A DNA stretch of 64,000 nucleotides from Geosiphon pyriformis uo1. Taxonomy: Eukaryota; Fungi; Glomeromycota. The position numbers and the translations under genes were made by a program. Location: contig JAAOMT010000446.1 in the NCBI GenBank assembly GCA_016748015.1, forward strand, positions 1,752-65,751, in the 5' to 3' direction. Shown here one piece after another: positions 12,480 through 28,000 of the stretch (the stretch's first letter is position 1; every line of letters begins with the position of its first letter). The notes under the pieces are model-generated. The model was not told the DNA's origin, ran no database searches, and saw nothing but the letters and a program-made list of their open reading frames with translations.

Positions 12480-13594
12480 AGGTTTTGGAGTAAGCAGTTT
12501 AAATAACTCCCTGTGTAGTATTAAATAAACTTGGTGTTCAAAATAGAAACAGGGAAATATTTAATCTTTTGAAAAAGTAATATTCTGAAAATTTTTGATT
12601 AAGGATGAAAAAAAACAATTTGTGCGTTTAACGGAATCATCAGAAATAATTTTATATTATCTTTGTAAAAAGATTGGGGAAAAATAATCTGATAAAAATC
12701 GATAGTATTTTTTGTTATACTGTTTTTTTGTAAAAGTGGCAAACTTTATATTAATTAGTAATATTTTATAATTTTCTAATATGTAAAAAGTTAAATAATT
12801 TGAATTAAGGTTGGTTTTAATTTTTATGTTTTATTGCAAAAGAATAACTTGGGGAATTTTTTATTCAGTTCTATTATCATTTTATATAATTTTTTCAAAT
12901 CATATTTATTAATAAACAATTTTTATTTTTTGTACATTTATGACTTTTTGATTATTTTAAAAAACATTAATAATTAAATTAACAGAAAGCAAAATAATTA
13001 TACATGGGATAAATTATATAATCTTGATGTTTAAAAAATAACCAGATGGAGATTTGGTAATAGATATGACCACAGAAATGGTTAGGAAGGCACCCAAATA
13101 TCCTGTTGTGTAACATCTCGCTGGATCGTTATTATTATGATTATTATTTAAATTCGGACAACTGGACGCAAAGTGGTGGAGTTTTGCGTTTTTTACATTC
13201 AGGGTGGGTTGGGGTATATGTGTCGACAAGAGCCAGAGGTCAATTTTCCTAAAGAAATTAATGAACTTCGCTTCATTTGCCTATTTTTGGATAGATATCA
13301 ACACCTGGAAACACAAGCGGGACGTTTTCCAATATTTCGAATGTGACAAATGATGTAAGCGAATGAGTTCGTCCAGTCAGGTGCAAATGAGAATGGCCAA
13401 ATAAATTTTACCTCTTTGAATATTCATAAGATGAAGGGCTTTTATTAGACTCTCCTTTTTGTAAACAAAATATTTGAATTTTTTTTATAACTTCTTTGAA
13501 AAGTATGTGTTCAAATTCAACAACTGAAAACACCATTTCACTTTTTGACTAGCTTGAAAAATTAATTCAAGAGGAAAATATTAAAATTTTTTAG

Positions 13595-14330
13595 TTATGA
13601 CGAATTTCATAGCATTCAAAGTATTTGGAAAGGTTGGATTTGAAGAGGTCTTTAGAGAAGTGGCAAGGTTAACTTAATAGCAACTAGAAATGAGGTAGCA
13701 ACGACAATGCTGTATTTGAAATAAAAGAATTTTTTAAAAGAGTAAATATTCAATCTAGATTAACGCTTTCAAAACTTAATATACTATGAAAAGTACTTGG
13801 ATGGAGTTTTTATACCAAAGTAAAATTTTAGTTATTAACGAATATATGCTCATTTCGGAATATGCAAATGGAGGAACTCTGCGTCAATATCAACATTCGA
13901 ACTTTTCTAACAGTTACTGAAAATTTACGACTTAAAAATGAACTGGCTAGCAAGATTGCCCGTCTCCATGAAGAGAATATTATTTCTAGAGATCTTGCGA
14001 GTTTAAAGAGGTAATTTCTTTCTTCAATAGTAAAAATCACAATATTTATTTATCTTTTTTTTACCTTGTATTCCCAAAAAAGAGTTCTTGATTCACAATA
14101 ACTCGATAAAAATTTCGGTTCTAAGAATCTAAAAGAAATATTTGGAAAATATCTTATGTTGGAGCCTCAGTGACTACTGGAAAATTTTGATTTATATGTG
14201 CTCGGTCTACTTTTATTCCAATTTTGAGTGCATCGTTCATGCTAAATGGAGTTCGGGAAAAAATAATTCTGCAAATTACGTCGGTCTTTACACTGAATGT
14301 TGGACAACTCAACCCAGTTGAAGTTCTTTA
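13595..14330 (+). pseudogene. Tyrosine-kinase-like (TKL) protein kinase pseudogene
   Basis: Frameshifted fragments in subdomain order: YDEFHSIQSI-KG-F (G-loop), MLISEYANGGTLRQY (V), LHEENIISRDL (VIb, HRD degraded), LIHNNSIKIS (DFG lost), DLYVLGLLLF (IX), YVGLYTECW (XI). Confidence 0.8.
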
Positions 14331-15031
14331 CCGCCTTGGCGAAAACTGAATGCAAGTCGGTTGTCCTTTTCCAGAAGTTGATTCCTGGTGTTACCAATTA
14401 CTGTCAGCTTAAATGGTATATATACTGAGTCTGAAAATTCATATGCACAATACAATCTTCGATAACCTTAAGAAAATGGATGGTGAATAACGAGAAACCC
14501 ACAAGAAACATTCGAATTTTACTTGTAAGCAGCAGAAGCGGGAAATACAATTTCGGACATTTTTATTTCAATGGAAATTTGTTAAAATAATTTGAATTTT
14601 TATTTCTACTGAATTTTTCGTAATTTACAATTGATTAATTAATATTTCATTTTTGTTTTTATAACAAATAAAAATTCATGCTTTTGGTTATTAATTATGT
14701 GAATATTTGATCAAATATAAGTTCAAAATAAACAATAATTAATATTATTGTTTATTTAAATCCAATTTATTATTATTATTATTATTATACAATTTTTTTT
14801 TTATTTATAAATTATAAAAGATAATATGTTTTTTTGAAAAAACTTATATTGTAAGAATGTTATAAAATAAATTAATTTAATATATATATATGTATATAAT
14901 TATATGTAACAAAAAATTAATCACAGAATTTTAATTTTTTAAAAATATGCTATTTTTAATTTTCAAGTTTTATTATTAAACAACAAACAAATTATTAACC
15001 AATTACTTTTTTTCATTTTTGAATGAATCTT

Positions 15032-15064
<33 letters not shown>

Positions 15065-15535
15065 ATGAAAATTATATCTTATTATGTATGTTAAACGAAA
15101 ATATTTTATTAAAATTGTTCAAATAAAAACAAAACAAAAAATATAATTAAAAGACTTAAATATATTAATACGCTTAATATTTTATTAAACTTTGAATACA
15201 AAATAATACTATTAAAAATAAATTACAATTCTTTATTCACAAATTCTTTATAAAAATTTGATATTACATTAAATAATTAATTAAATTATTGTCTTAATTA
15301 ATAAATAATAACAACTTATTTACAAAAAAATTATTAAACAATTAAAAATTTAAACCTAATATTTTTAACCCACATTGAACTCTGACAATAAAAAATTACA
15401 TAATTAAAAAATATAAATGGTTAAACATCTAGTGTTTTAACAAAAAAAACCTAGAACATCATACAAAATCAGGATATTCTAATTCATTGTATAATCATTG
15501 AAAATTTATAATCCTCAGGGAACCTAAAAATTATT

Positions 15536-16954
<1,419 letters not shown>

Positions 16955-17099
16955 AATTTTGAGCAATTTGTAAACCCTGGTGATTGTGCGGCTTTATGGT
17001 TAAACAATGATTAATATAACAATTGATTCCGAAATATAATGAATGGTCCTACCCAATCAGAATATTTATAATCGAGGAAAATTTATTAATCCCTTTAGT
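16955..17099. promoter_or_regulatory. Compact bidirectional promoter region (ECHS1 / ALG13)
   Basis: The divergent ATGs are only ~145 bp apart. Confidence 0.5.
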
Positions 17100-17945
17100 A
17101 TGGAACCCTTAGCACCTTTAGAAAAAACAGTTTTTATCACTGTAGGTTCGACTAGTTTCGATCAACTAGTCGAAGTGGTTACTTCCGAATCTTTTACTTC
17201 CCTTCTCGCATCGCTCGGGTATAAACGTTTATTGATTCAATACGGAAAAAGTTGGAGCACGTTTCAAAAAGCTATGACTAGACAAACATCCCAAACATCA
17301 TATCTTATCCCCTCGTTACCTTCCTCAATAAAAATAGACAGTTACGATTTTAAACCTTCTTTAACCCATGATTTGCAAGAAGCCAACTTGGTGATCAGTC
17401 ACGCTGGTATTAAATTCTGTTGAATATCGGAATTTCTTGTTTAATCTCTGCTTTGAGTGCTTATTTTTTCCAGACCTGGTTTCTTCAAAATTTCAAGGAT
17501 TTTAAGTTTAATTCAATATTCGAGTTTAAGGCCTATGACTATATGCCTTTTCTGTACAAACATATTACTTTGTATGATAGCTTAATACAACAATACCCTA
17601 TTTTCAGGTTCAGGGTCTATTCTGGAATCATTACGCCTACAGAAAAAGCTAATTGTAGTTGTTAACAACTCTTTAATGGATAATCATCAATCTGAATTAG
17701 CTATCGAATTGCACTCACTCGGGTATTTGTTAAATACTTCCATGAGGTAAATAATTTAATTCAAGTGAAATCCTCCTATGTTTTATTACTGATTCAAAAG
17801 TATTAACTTTTGAACAAATAGTGATCTAGCTGAAGCAATTAAATCTCATCACGATCAAAATTTCAAACCCTTTCTCAAGCATATCAAAGAAACATTTGCT
17901 AATATATTAGATGAGGAGATGGGTTTTGAAAACGACAAAAAGTAA
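17100..17945 (+). CDS. ALG13: UDP-N-acetylglucosamine transferase catalytic subunit ALG13, 3 exons
   Basis: VFITVGSTSFDQL, LLIQYG, YDFKPSL..ANLVISHAG|SGSILESLRLQKKLIVVVNNSLMDNHQSELA, ILDEEMG. Confidence 0.93.
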
Positions 17946-18465
17946 TACAGAAATCATGGAACAAAGTTGTAATTTTAGATAATATGTTTGCCCCAATTTA
18001 TTTCTTGGATTAGTGAATTTAGGTTTTTGTCATAAGTGTCTTTAATGGCAATAGATGAAGCGTTTTCACATGAGCTAAAATCAACCTTCTTTAAAACATC
18101 AATAACTGTTGGGTTATGAACAGTCAATAAGTGGTGAATCTAATTGCTAGAAATCATGTGAGATCTTAAGGAAATTCGTTCAACATTGATCGTTTCTTGA
18201 GTGACGTAAGGGACATTTGAAACTCGAATTTTGAAAACAAACAAATCCATTGCTTAAATTTTTTTTGTATTTTTGCTCATCCTTGAGTTTATATTTTTTT
18301 GTACGGTAGGCTCGCCTCTGTACAACTATTTTGAAAAAAGTATTCTCAACGATCTTCTATTTCGTTTAGATTTTCGCCCGTCTTGATCAATATTGCTCGT
18401 TGAAGTCGCCGGGCGTTTACTATTTTACTTTTAAAAGAAGCCCTTCCCTTTACAACCTTTGGTAA

Positions 18466-21141
18466 ATGGTTCACGCAACCTCGAAGACGATTACCCAAGC
18501 TACCACTATGACTGCTTCAAAAGAAGTCGATAAAAAAGCCGCTAGAAATTCTACCCGTTTTCTAGCGCAACAACAGCAAAATAATCAACAGCAACAGTCA
18601 CAATCACACGGTTTCAATAGCCAGAGTTCACTTTCGATTTCTCGCAACAAACACTGGAAATACATCTCTTCGTATCATGGACCTTGGCTTCAACTTCCCC
18701 TCGAATTGCTCGAATCATTATATGTATTTAATACTGATAACGTGGCTACTCCACCACCGCCAATAGACCCAATAATTTTTGGAAACTTGATTTCTATTCG
18801 TCGTTTAGTCGACGAAGCCGCCGATTTGTCTGTACGTGCTGCTTCCGGAATTTCTACTTCCAGCGGAAGCATGAGAAACACAATGTCACATACCCGACAG
18901 CATAGAATGAGAGAACTTGCTGTTAATAAATTGGCTCTGGCCTATCGAATAGATGAGATAGCGACCGCTGTTGTGACTATGCAGTCTGCAAGTGCTATTG
19001 ATGAAGTTGCTAGTAGGGTCTTGAAGAAGAACTCCACAAATCTGGAGGCGATGTACGTGAATTTTTTTCACGAAAAAATTCCCTCGAGGTAAACAGAATT
19101 TATAATGTCCCCTAAAGACATCTGCTGCATTATTATTCCTACATTTCCAATTCTTGTATGAAGATAAGGAACTAATGAAAGGCCTAGCCCAGCTTTTTTG
19201 GATTTTCCATTTCAACAAGGCGATAATTTGAGGAAAATAAACTGGAGCGTTGAATATGTGCCTTACCCATTATTTCACAATATTTATATTGCAAATGCAC
19301 AAATTTGTGATAGATTGGACCTAATACCATTTTGTTCCTTAAAAACCTAAAGTAGAATGTTGTCGCAATCTACATCCACCGAAGTGTTGGATCAAATTAT
19401 TGGGACATCTCCAAATACTCCAGAATTTTACCGTACTCGTGGGGTGGTTAAATGTTTTAAAGAAGAATTCTCTGGAGCTCTTCGTGATTTCAAAACTGCA
19501 CTTGCACACGTCAAGCACAAAAAACGAGTGAACAGTGTATTATTAGGCAAAAAAACCTCAAATTCGTTGCATAATCATCACGGAAAAGACTCGGATGAAT
19601 GTACTGGCACTGAAAGCCAATTGTATTTTCTTCGTGCAGCCTGTTATCTCCAATACGCTATCAATATGGTCGACAAAGCCATTCAAAAAGTTGATGGCAT
19701 TGATCGGAGGGATGGCGAAGGAAATGATTTACGATTAAACGTAAAAAAAGAAAACAAAAGCAATCTTGAAAATGCCAAAAATCATCCGCAATTATCAAAA
19801 ATTGAACAGCACCGACAAGAATTTTTACCAATTATGCATCAAATACAAAATATGGCGAAGCGTTCTATTAGAGACTATACTCATTTTTTGGGATTTTATT
19901 CCAGCTCTTTGCCCCCTTTTATTGGAGCAAACGATGAAACCGCTTCTTCAAAAGCAAGCAGCCCAACTGCTTCACGAGAATCTTCTCCAAATCGTAATAT
20001 AAACCATCTTCCTATAACTGAGACGGAACTTATCGTTGCTACAGGCTCACAAACCACAGATCCTATTCGTAAGCATGAAAGTTCCAGTGTCCGTTTGACG
20101 TTTAACAATGGTGGGTCTGATTATGGGAACACACTCGTTCCTTCAAAGGATCAAAATCACCATAACCATCATCATAATACTTGTAACCATAATGGGCATA
20201 ATCATCATCACTATCACCACCATCATCACCATCATCATCACCATTTTCATGGTTTTCAACCACCGCATTCATTCGCCACCTATCACCCTCTGCTCATTGA
20301 GGCTTGGTATGCAATCGCTTTGAATTATATCCTTCTTGGGGATATTCCCACTGCAGCTTTATGGCACGCTCGAATTTCAGAGATGCATGAATGTATAGAA
20401 GGATATCCTGTTTTTCTTCCTGCTAGATCTATGGCGCAAGCAGACTACATGGAAGTTTTAGAAAGGATAAAGAAAGCGACCAGCTTAGTACAACATGAGA
20501 AATTGAGAGAATTAATTGATGTTGTAAAACAAAAAGAGAGAGAGAGAGAAGAGAAAGAACGAGAATGGCTGGAAAAACATCAACACCACAAGATGTTATT
20601 GGCCACAGCTGAAGAAGAAAAGGAAAGAGAAAGAGAAAAGGAATTAGCTTCTGGAAAGAAAGGCAATGGGAAGGCGAACAGGAAGTCCAGAGAGATTGGA
20701 AATTTAAATGGACGGAATGGAGGTAATAATTCTATTGCTCCACTTATGGGCATCGATGGTCAGAAGCATCATCCATGTTGCCCGCTTGCACCTGGTAACC
20801 ATAATTCCTATATAAACAACAAAGATATTATCCATTCCTCCGCCTCTTCCTCTTCTTCCAACCCTTTCTCCCCTTCCAACTCTCCTTCCTCTACTGGTTC
20901 AATGGCCACTACATCAAACAACAGTACAACAAGCATTAGTGCAACTACCACCACCACCACCACCACCACCACCACCACCACCACCACGATTGCGACTACA
21001 ACCGGGCCAAGGCAGTATCCGTTGCATACTCAACGCGCCGATTCCGTAATGCTATGGTTGAGAGCTGTGACCTTGCGACAAGATAAAGAATTGCTTACTA
21101 CCAAAGGTCTACCTGCCGTTAAAAATGTGGATGCATCCTAA
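18466..21141 (+). CDS. Conserved fungal uncharacterised protein (~802 aa) with TPR-like repeats and poly-His, poly-Gln and poly-Thr tracts; 2 exons
   Basis: Exons 18466-19088 and 19356-21141 join in frame. Blocks KHWKYISSYHGPWLQLPLE, FFHEKIPSR, EFYRTRG...ALRDF (TPR-like), YHPLLIEA, EGYPVF..ARS...ADYMEV, YPLHTQRA. Confidence 0.85.
20948..20988 (+). repeat. (ACC)n coding microsatellite (poly-Thr)
   Basis: Perfect acc run of ~13 units. Confidence 0.95.
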
Positions 21142-21659
21142 TTTTTTTTGTTTTTTTTTTGAGTCCATCTTTACAAAGCTATTCATTTTAATGATAAATC
21201 TTGACTCCTGGCGTTGATGGATAAATGTACTGTACAAATTGATGGACAATCGAGGGAGTAAATCTCACCAATTTGATTATTTTTGGAGGGAAGATTTTTT
21301 GCTTTTCCCTGTATATTTCTATAATTTTTGAAAAAGCTTATCACTTCAATTATATTTCCTTTTTGGAAAAGGTAAAAGCTATCATTTCTATAAAAAAGAA
21401 ACGACGACTTTATTTTCTCAACTCGAGATCAAATCACCATGCCCAATATACAAAATTCCCAAATTCTACATAATGGAGTTCCCAAAAACGTTCGTGCATC
21501 AGATACTATTTTTGATTTGGCAAAAGACGAATTTGCCAAATTGGGCATTTTGGCAATCTTGTGACACGATAATTTCTTATAAATGTCGTCAAATTCTGGC
21601 ATGACATTGGCTCAATAACATTACCCATCTATCATTTCCCTCTTTCGGGAATTTTATTA

Positions 21660-23661
21660 ATGCCACGCACACCTTCTATACTCCATATTCAAAGTTCATT
21701 AAGACGCATAGATATTGGACCCAGACAAAAAACCAAATGGCGAGATCGTTTGAATAAACAACAGTTACTCTCATTGAAGCTTTCTTATAAAGAACTAAAG
21801 AGACAAGAAATAATCAACGAAATTGTTCTAACGGAACAAGAATACTTGAGTGACTTAAAATTTGTTCACAAGGTGTGTCAACCATTTGGGTAAAAATTTG
21901 GAAGCTTTATGACCGGTTCGCAATAATGTCTTGATCTTTTTGATTTAATAGAACTTTTCTAAACCCGCAAATCGAGCAGGCGTTATAATGGAGGTTCCCG
22001 AACAAGTTACTCGGATATTCAGTAATATGGAAGACATGATACGATTACATGATCATATATACATGGTTGGTTTTCTTCGCAATTATTTTTTCCTAATTCA
22101 TCATCAACACTAACATTATTACAATCAAAATTTTCAGTCTTTGCAGACGAGACAAAGTCGACAGGATCCCGTTGTTCAATGTATTTCTGATGTTTTTCTT
22201 CCATTTGTAATATATTTACCTAACAGCTATTTATTTACACTGCAACTTTTGTGGTCATTTTGAAAACGAAAAAACTAAAATGATTTCGTTTCCCATCATT
22301 CAATAAAAGGTGGACAGGTTTGATATTTATGAGGCATACCTTCTTAATTATACCAGCGCAACTCAGCATGTCGATCGAATGATGCGCACTCAGACAGAAT
22401 ACGGTCGTTTCTTAAAGGTCTATTAAATTTGATTTATGCTAAGAAATCAAGTCTCAATCTCAAGGGGCCATTTGTGATTCATGAATTCTAGGAAAAAGAA
22501 CGTCTTCCCGATTGTCGAAAACTTCCTCTGCAGGCTTTTTTAATAGCGCCAGGTTTGTCACCTTAATGAATAATTATAATATTCTGATGACAAATCTTAA
22601 GATAAAAATCTAAGCTCTTTTGTAGTTCAACGGCTGGCTAAATATCCGTTGTTATTTAAGGTAAATTTTGGTTGTTTATATAATTCTTTTTGGTTCTTTG
22701 CTTAACTAGATAATATAGGCTGCTAACCGCGTCGCGTTAATTGAAAATTAGGGATTGTTAGATGTCACCTTCCCCGATAGCCTCGATTACGAATCCACTT
22801 TTAGACTTTATAAGCAAATGGATTCGCTGATAAGAAAGCTTGAAGATGAAAAGCTTAGGGAAGACACGTTGGAAAGACTCGAAACTTTGGAATCGAGAAT
22901 ACAAGGCCTGGCGGTAAACGTCATTTTTAATAACTTTGGTGTCTGTCAGAAATGGAATAATCTAAGTTTGAATATCAATGAGCATCGCTTCTTAATTTAT
23001 ATTCCACCTTAGATTTCCTGAACTCCTTCCCCAAAAAAGCTGCGTCATTTCTGACAGACCCGTTTGGGTATTTCTTGTAATATTATAATATCTGTTTAAT
23101 TTCCTGAACCCAATAAAGCCCTTTAAACTAGCAGTGCGTGATCGACAATTGGTACACGAAGGTGTTCTTCGTCGCCTAGTAACACCTCCTAAAAACTTTA
23201 CAGGATCTCCTATCATATCTCCGTTAGCATTTTCGCATGGGAGTCTAGTGACCATCTATGTTTTGCTGTTTGACGATGTGGTGCTCTGGACGCGAAAGGA
23301 GAAGAAAAAGGAGATTCACAAACTGCTAGAACCACCAGCTCGAATTACCCATGTAACAGAAATACCCGATAAGCAAGGTCTTTAATTCAAAATTATATTA
23401 TCTCATTCTAATTTTGATTCTTGCCTTATTTTGTCTCAACATTTTACAGATTATTCCAATCTCTTTGAATGCACCTCTGTTCATAACGGCAGAGCCACTT
23501 TTGTTTTACAGGCTAACAATCCCAAAGAAAAATTGCGTTGGATTAATTCATTTCAGAGTGTTTTACGAAAGCACACGAACCGTGGAATCGACGATACTCA
23601 TGATAAATGGTGGTTTTACAACCAGATAAAAGAAGAAAGTCGAAAAAGCTTGGATTTATAA
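21660..23661 (+). CDS. Small DH-PH Rho guanine nucleotide exchange factor, multi-exon
   Basis: LKRQEIINEIVLTEQEYLSDL, IFSNMEDMI.LH, CRKLPLQAFLIAP|VQRLAKYPLLFK|GLL, PH domain RQLVHEG..YVLLFDDVVLWT..EKLRWINSF. The start codon is uncertain. Confidence 0.85.
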
Positions 23662-25013
23662 TATTCGTTCAACTTCGCGTCGACCTAGTGAGATTTACTA
23701 TGTATGTTTTGAATTGACACCTTTTTTAGCATTGTACTTTTAAACAACATTGATGTATTAATCTGTTATAAGTAGAATACCTTATTCATTTTCTCAGTTT
23801 ACAATTATGTATTAGTTTAATTTTTTGTTTTCGTGTTCTATTCTTAATAATAGACAGAAATGGCTAATTCAAATTATTAAATCCAAATTCACATGAATTA
23901 TTTGCCGAAGGGACAAAAGGACATCAAGATTTATTTATTTTAGAATCACGTGCCAAAATTCAATGTCTGGTTCTTAGAGTTTTCTAAAGGGTAGCACGAT
24001 TCCCAGGGGCTCAACAATAATTATGCAGAAGATGCAGAAAAACGATAGCTCCTGGGGGAACAGCAATGTTGAAATTATATCAGATCACAAAAGACACAAA
24101 TGATCATATTGATAGCAACGAAGCCCCTTAAAACTTGATATCTTTGTACCATGTACACCGGATACGGAGTAATTTTCAAAATAAATTTTACATAGTTATC
24201 ACTATTTTAACTTAAAACATGATTTTATAGTAAGATGCGCAAAGCTTTGATCTAAGTAGTATCTGATAGTAACCCATCGTGTGTACGTTTTTTGGTGACA
24301 AAATTTACAAAAAGATGATGGAGGAAAAAAGAAAAGAACATGTGGGGTGGGGGGTGAGTAGGGAGGGAAGCAAGGATTCAAGTATCACAGGAACATATTT
24401 GTTTTACCGACGATATAGAAGTTAAAATACGAGTTTTGAATCGTTATTGGTGATATATATTTCGATAATGAAGATTGGTAGAAATTGATAAAATAAATGT
24501 GGTTGAATAATGGTAGCGGTGATAGTAATCAATTTATAAAAGTCAAATTTCTGATGATGAGAGTAGCATTATATAATGGGAATTTAATATTTAAAGAAAG
24601 TTTCATTCCATGATTAATTGGTCTATAAAAACAATCATCAAAAAATTACATGAACAGATCATGGGGGAAGGAGGGTGGGTAGTTGATGAAAATTTTCCTA
24701 GCAACTCAGTAATAAAAGCCAAAAGTGGTACAAATGCCGTCTAAATAAGAGCAATATCATTTGAAGACGACCACGAAGGCCAAAAAGTTTGGTAATAAAA
24801 ATATCTTTATCCAATTCCAATGTTGCTCCCGCGATCTTGGTTCAAACCGAAATCCCACCTTTCAAGGATGCGATCATGTGAGGCTTTTATCATATCTAAT
24901 GTAGATATCTCGTCACAAATGACTGGGGGTAAGGGAATTCCAGCACAGATTTCTTTCGTTAATTAATTATTTTATCAAATTCTCCTTCATTTCATGAGCC
25001 CTTTCAAAGTTTA

Positions 25014-28000
25014 TTAACCAACATATAAATTTACAAAATTGCCCCCAGCTGCTAGCCGTCCTTCAAATGCCATTTGCACATCTTCATCGGAATTAATGGT
25101 AACAAGATCACCATCTTCATCCTGGTATTTTATGCGGATTGGAATGCTATCATCTCGGCCAACTGTACATAATCGAATTTTGCGTTCAACTCGTTCACAC
25201 AAGTCTCGATACTCAATTTCTTGAGGTACAACGATAACAAAAATCTCTCCTGCGTAATTAACCTTAATCTTCATAGATATTCCATAACTAGTGCTGGAGT
25301 AACTGGAAGATGAAAAATGGTGACCATTTGTAGATCCATTTGAAGTGGGTGATAGTAATGAATGTGAAGAATTGCTACCGGTTGGACTAATTGTTGGTGC
25401 CCCAGTTGATTGTTGCGAGGAGGTACTTGAATCACTATGACGTTGTTGGGTAGCAGCTGAACGAAATCCATTACTGTTTGATCTTGAAAGATTACCATTG
25501 CTAGGTAAAACAGGCAAAGAATCTTCGGCAGAATCCCATGAAGCTTCTGGAATAGCATGAATATTAGGACTACTTTGAGATCGCATCCGCACAGAGTTAC
25601 TACTAACAAGTCCGCTAGCTTGTTGTTGTTGGGACAGTAAGGGTCCATGAACTTGTTGAAATGTTTGTCCAGAAGCAGCACTATGTGATTGTGCTCGCTG
25701 AATTGACGGAGGAACATTATATTCTTCGTCTTCAGTTGCCATCATGAATTTGGCAATTGTATCTGCCAGTGGATGTTCAATGCTTCGACGATGCCATACA
25801 CCCATCGAGTGAGAACCGCCAGTACTACTACTGCTACGTGCTGATTGCGCTGGAGATCCGGGATATGAAGGTGGTGGTGAATTTGGGTAATAACCATTGC
25901 TGCTTGGGTTGGTGGTATTAGCAGCGTATTCATTGGGTATTAGAGAATTTGGTGGGAAATATGGGATTATTGAAGGTGCAGTGGTTGACCCGTTCCTAGG
26001 TAATGGGGGCATCGACATGTTGTGGTGACGAGGTTGATGTGATTGTTGATTTTGTGTTGGTTGTTGAATGGGTATATTAGGCAAAGGTGGGGTATTAGAT
26101 CTCCAATTATAGGGTGGGAGTACGTTTATATCTTCGCGTGATCTTCCTTTCCCATTATATTGGGGTAGCTGTCCATAAGGTAATGATTGACTTCGGGATT
26201 GTTTAACAGCCCAATCCTCAGTAAAATCATCTTCGTCATCTTCGTCATCATCATCATCGTCGTCCTCATCTTCGTCGATAAATGAAGCGGCATCATCATC
26301 GAGATTTCTTCTAGAATACGGAGGAAGATCGAGATTCTGCAAGGAAACCAAATGTGTGTTTGAAACCCCAGCGCGTTTAGTAGAAGCAGAAGGTGTGTCG
26401 AAAGATCCTTTAAATGAAGAATTAGTAGTCAAGGCATGACGACTGCTTATATCAGCTAGCAATTTTTCTAAAGTCGCCTGCCACTGTTTGAGTTGCTCTT
26501 CGTTACGACACTTTAGTGAGAATGATTCCATTTCGGTATCACCTCGCCAGAATACTTTTATTGACCATACTAATAAAGAAAGTTTACGAGAAATAATGTC
26601 AAACTAGAAGTTCTTAAAAACAGTTATCAATTTCAAAAGTGACTTACATCCAGATCGACTGTTATTAACAACAGCCGTGATATTATGTATATAAATTCTT
26701 CCCTTAAGCTGTAAACTTGCTCTCTTCTGTCTTCTATTGTTATTCCTCAACATAGTAGACCTTTGGTTGCCCTTGGCAGTTTCCTTGCAACACAGTAGAA
26801 TTCTTTCAAAAAGATACACGTGATACTCTCGCTCCGAGTCGTCCTTGGACATTACAAAAACATCTTCAAGCAATAATGAACCAAAAGAAGAAATGTTGTG
26901 GCCTTTCCAATGTTCGACACGACCCTCAAGATCTTTTACCACCGCCTCATTTTCTTGTTTGCGCCTTGTTTCGTTAACTCGATCTGTCACACGCTTTATA
27001 GCGCGAAGACCTTCTTCGATTTCATCATAATAGGGGGTTTCAGTTTTTTCCGAGTATTTTAATAATTCCTGTGAGGAAAAAAGATGTTAAAAAAGTACTA
27101 TTCAAATTTTTGTATATAGGTGGTTACTTGAATTTTTATTTATTTTCGAGATACCTGTAATAACAAAGGATATTTACAAATACGCTGAATGGGTTTAATT
27201 AATAAAGATGGAAGTTCATATGTCGGTTCTACCACTTCTTTTAATTGCTGTGGTATAAAAAGAGAATAACTCGATTATTTTCGGATATTAGGATAGGAAA
27301 AAGCCCAAATGTAACTTGGATGTGTCACCTGCAAATTTTGTCGCTCTTGAATTACCAAATCAGAGGCAGATTGATAATTTGCACAAAAAGGTTGGTAGAC
27401 CTCAAAATTTTCTTCCTGAATAAAATTTTTTTGAAATTTAGTGTCTAATATTTCTTGAGAATGTATATTTCGTTATAATAGGAAAGCCATATTGCAAACT
27501 CAATTATTTTACCATAAATAAAAAATTATTAATGTGCTTTACTGACCATTGATAAAAACAAATAGCCAAATCTTTGCTCTGATGATGGTAGGCTAGCATT
27601 GGTTTCTACGCCAATGAGAAAACGGCGTTGAAAATCCACCAACTGATTAAGATTGGCGAAAAGATGATGAATAGTGTCTGGGCTCACAATCTCCTGATTT
27701 TGAAGTTGCCTCGCATAATCCTAAAAAAATGATTTTGAACTATTTGAGTGATCGTTATAATATTTTGATATAGTTACTGGAATCACTTACTTGAAGAACT
27801 TCCATGTCTTGTACATATTTACGTTCCGTCTCCAATAGTTCATGGACAACTCGTGCTCGATTGTCCGTGGGTGCCAGTGGATCGGAGTTTCGTAAAAATT
27901 GTCTTCGTGATAAATTAAGAAGCCCTTTCTCTTCAATTTTGTCAGTTACACATTTAACGGTGTTAATGACCTTTTTTTAAAGTAAATATGTGTAATGTTA

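Noticed and set aside
13014-13400. GC-richer segment with short ORFs upstream of the kinase pseudogene
   Set aside because: No recognisable motif; it may be a decayed 5' part of the pseudogene but this cannot be supported
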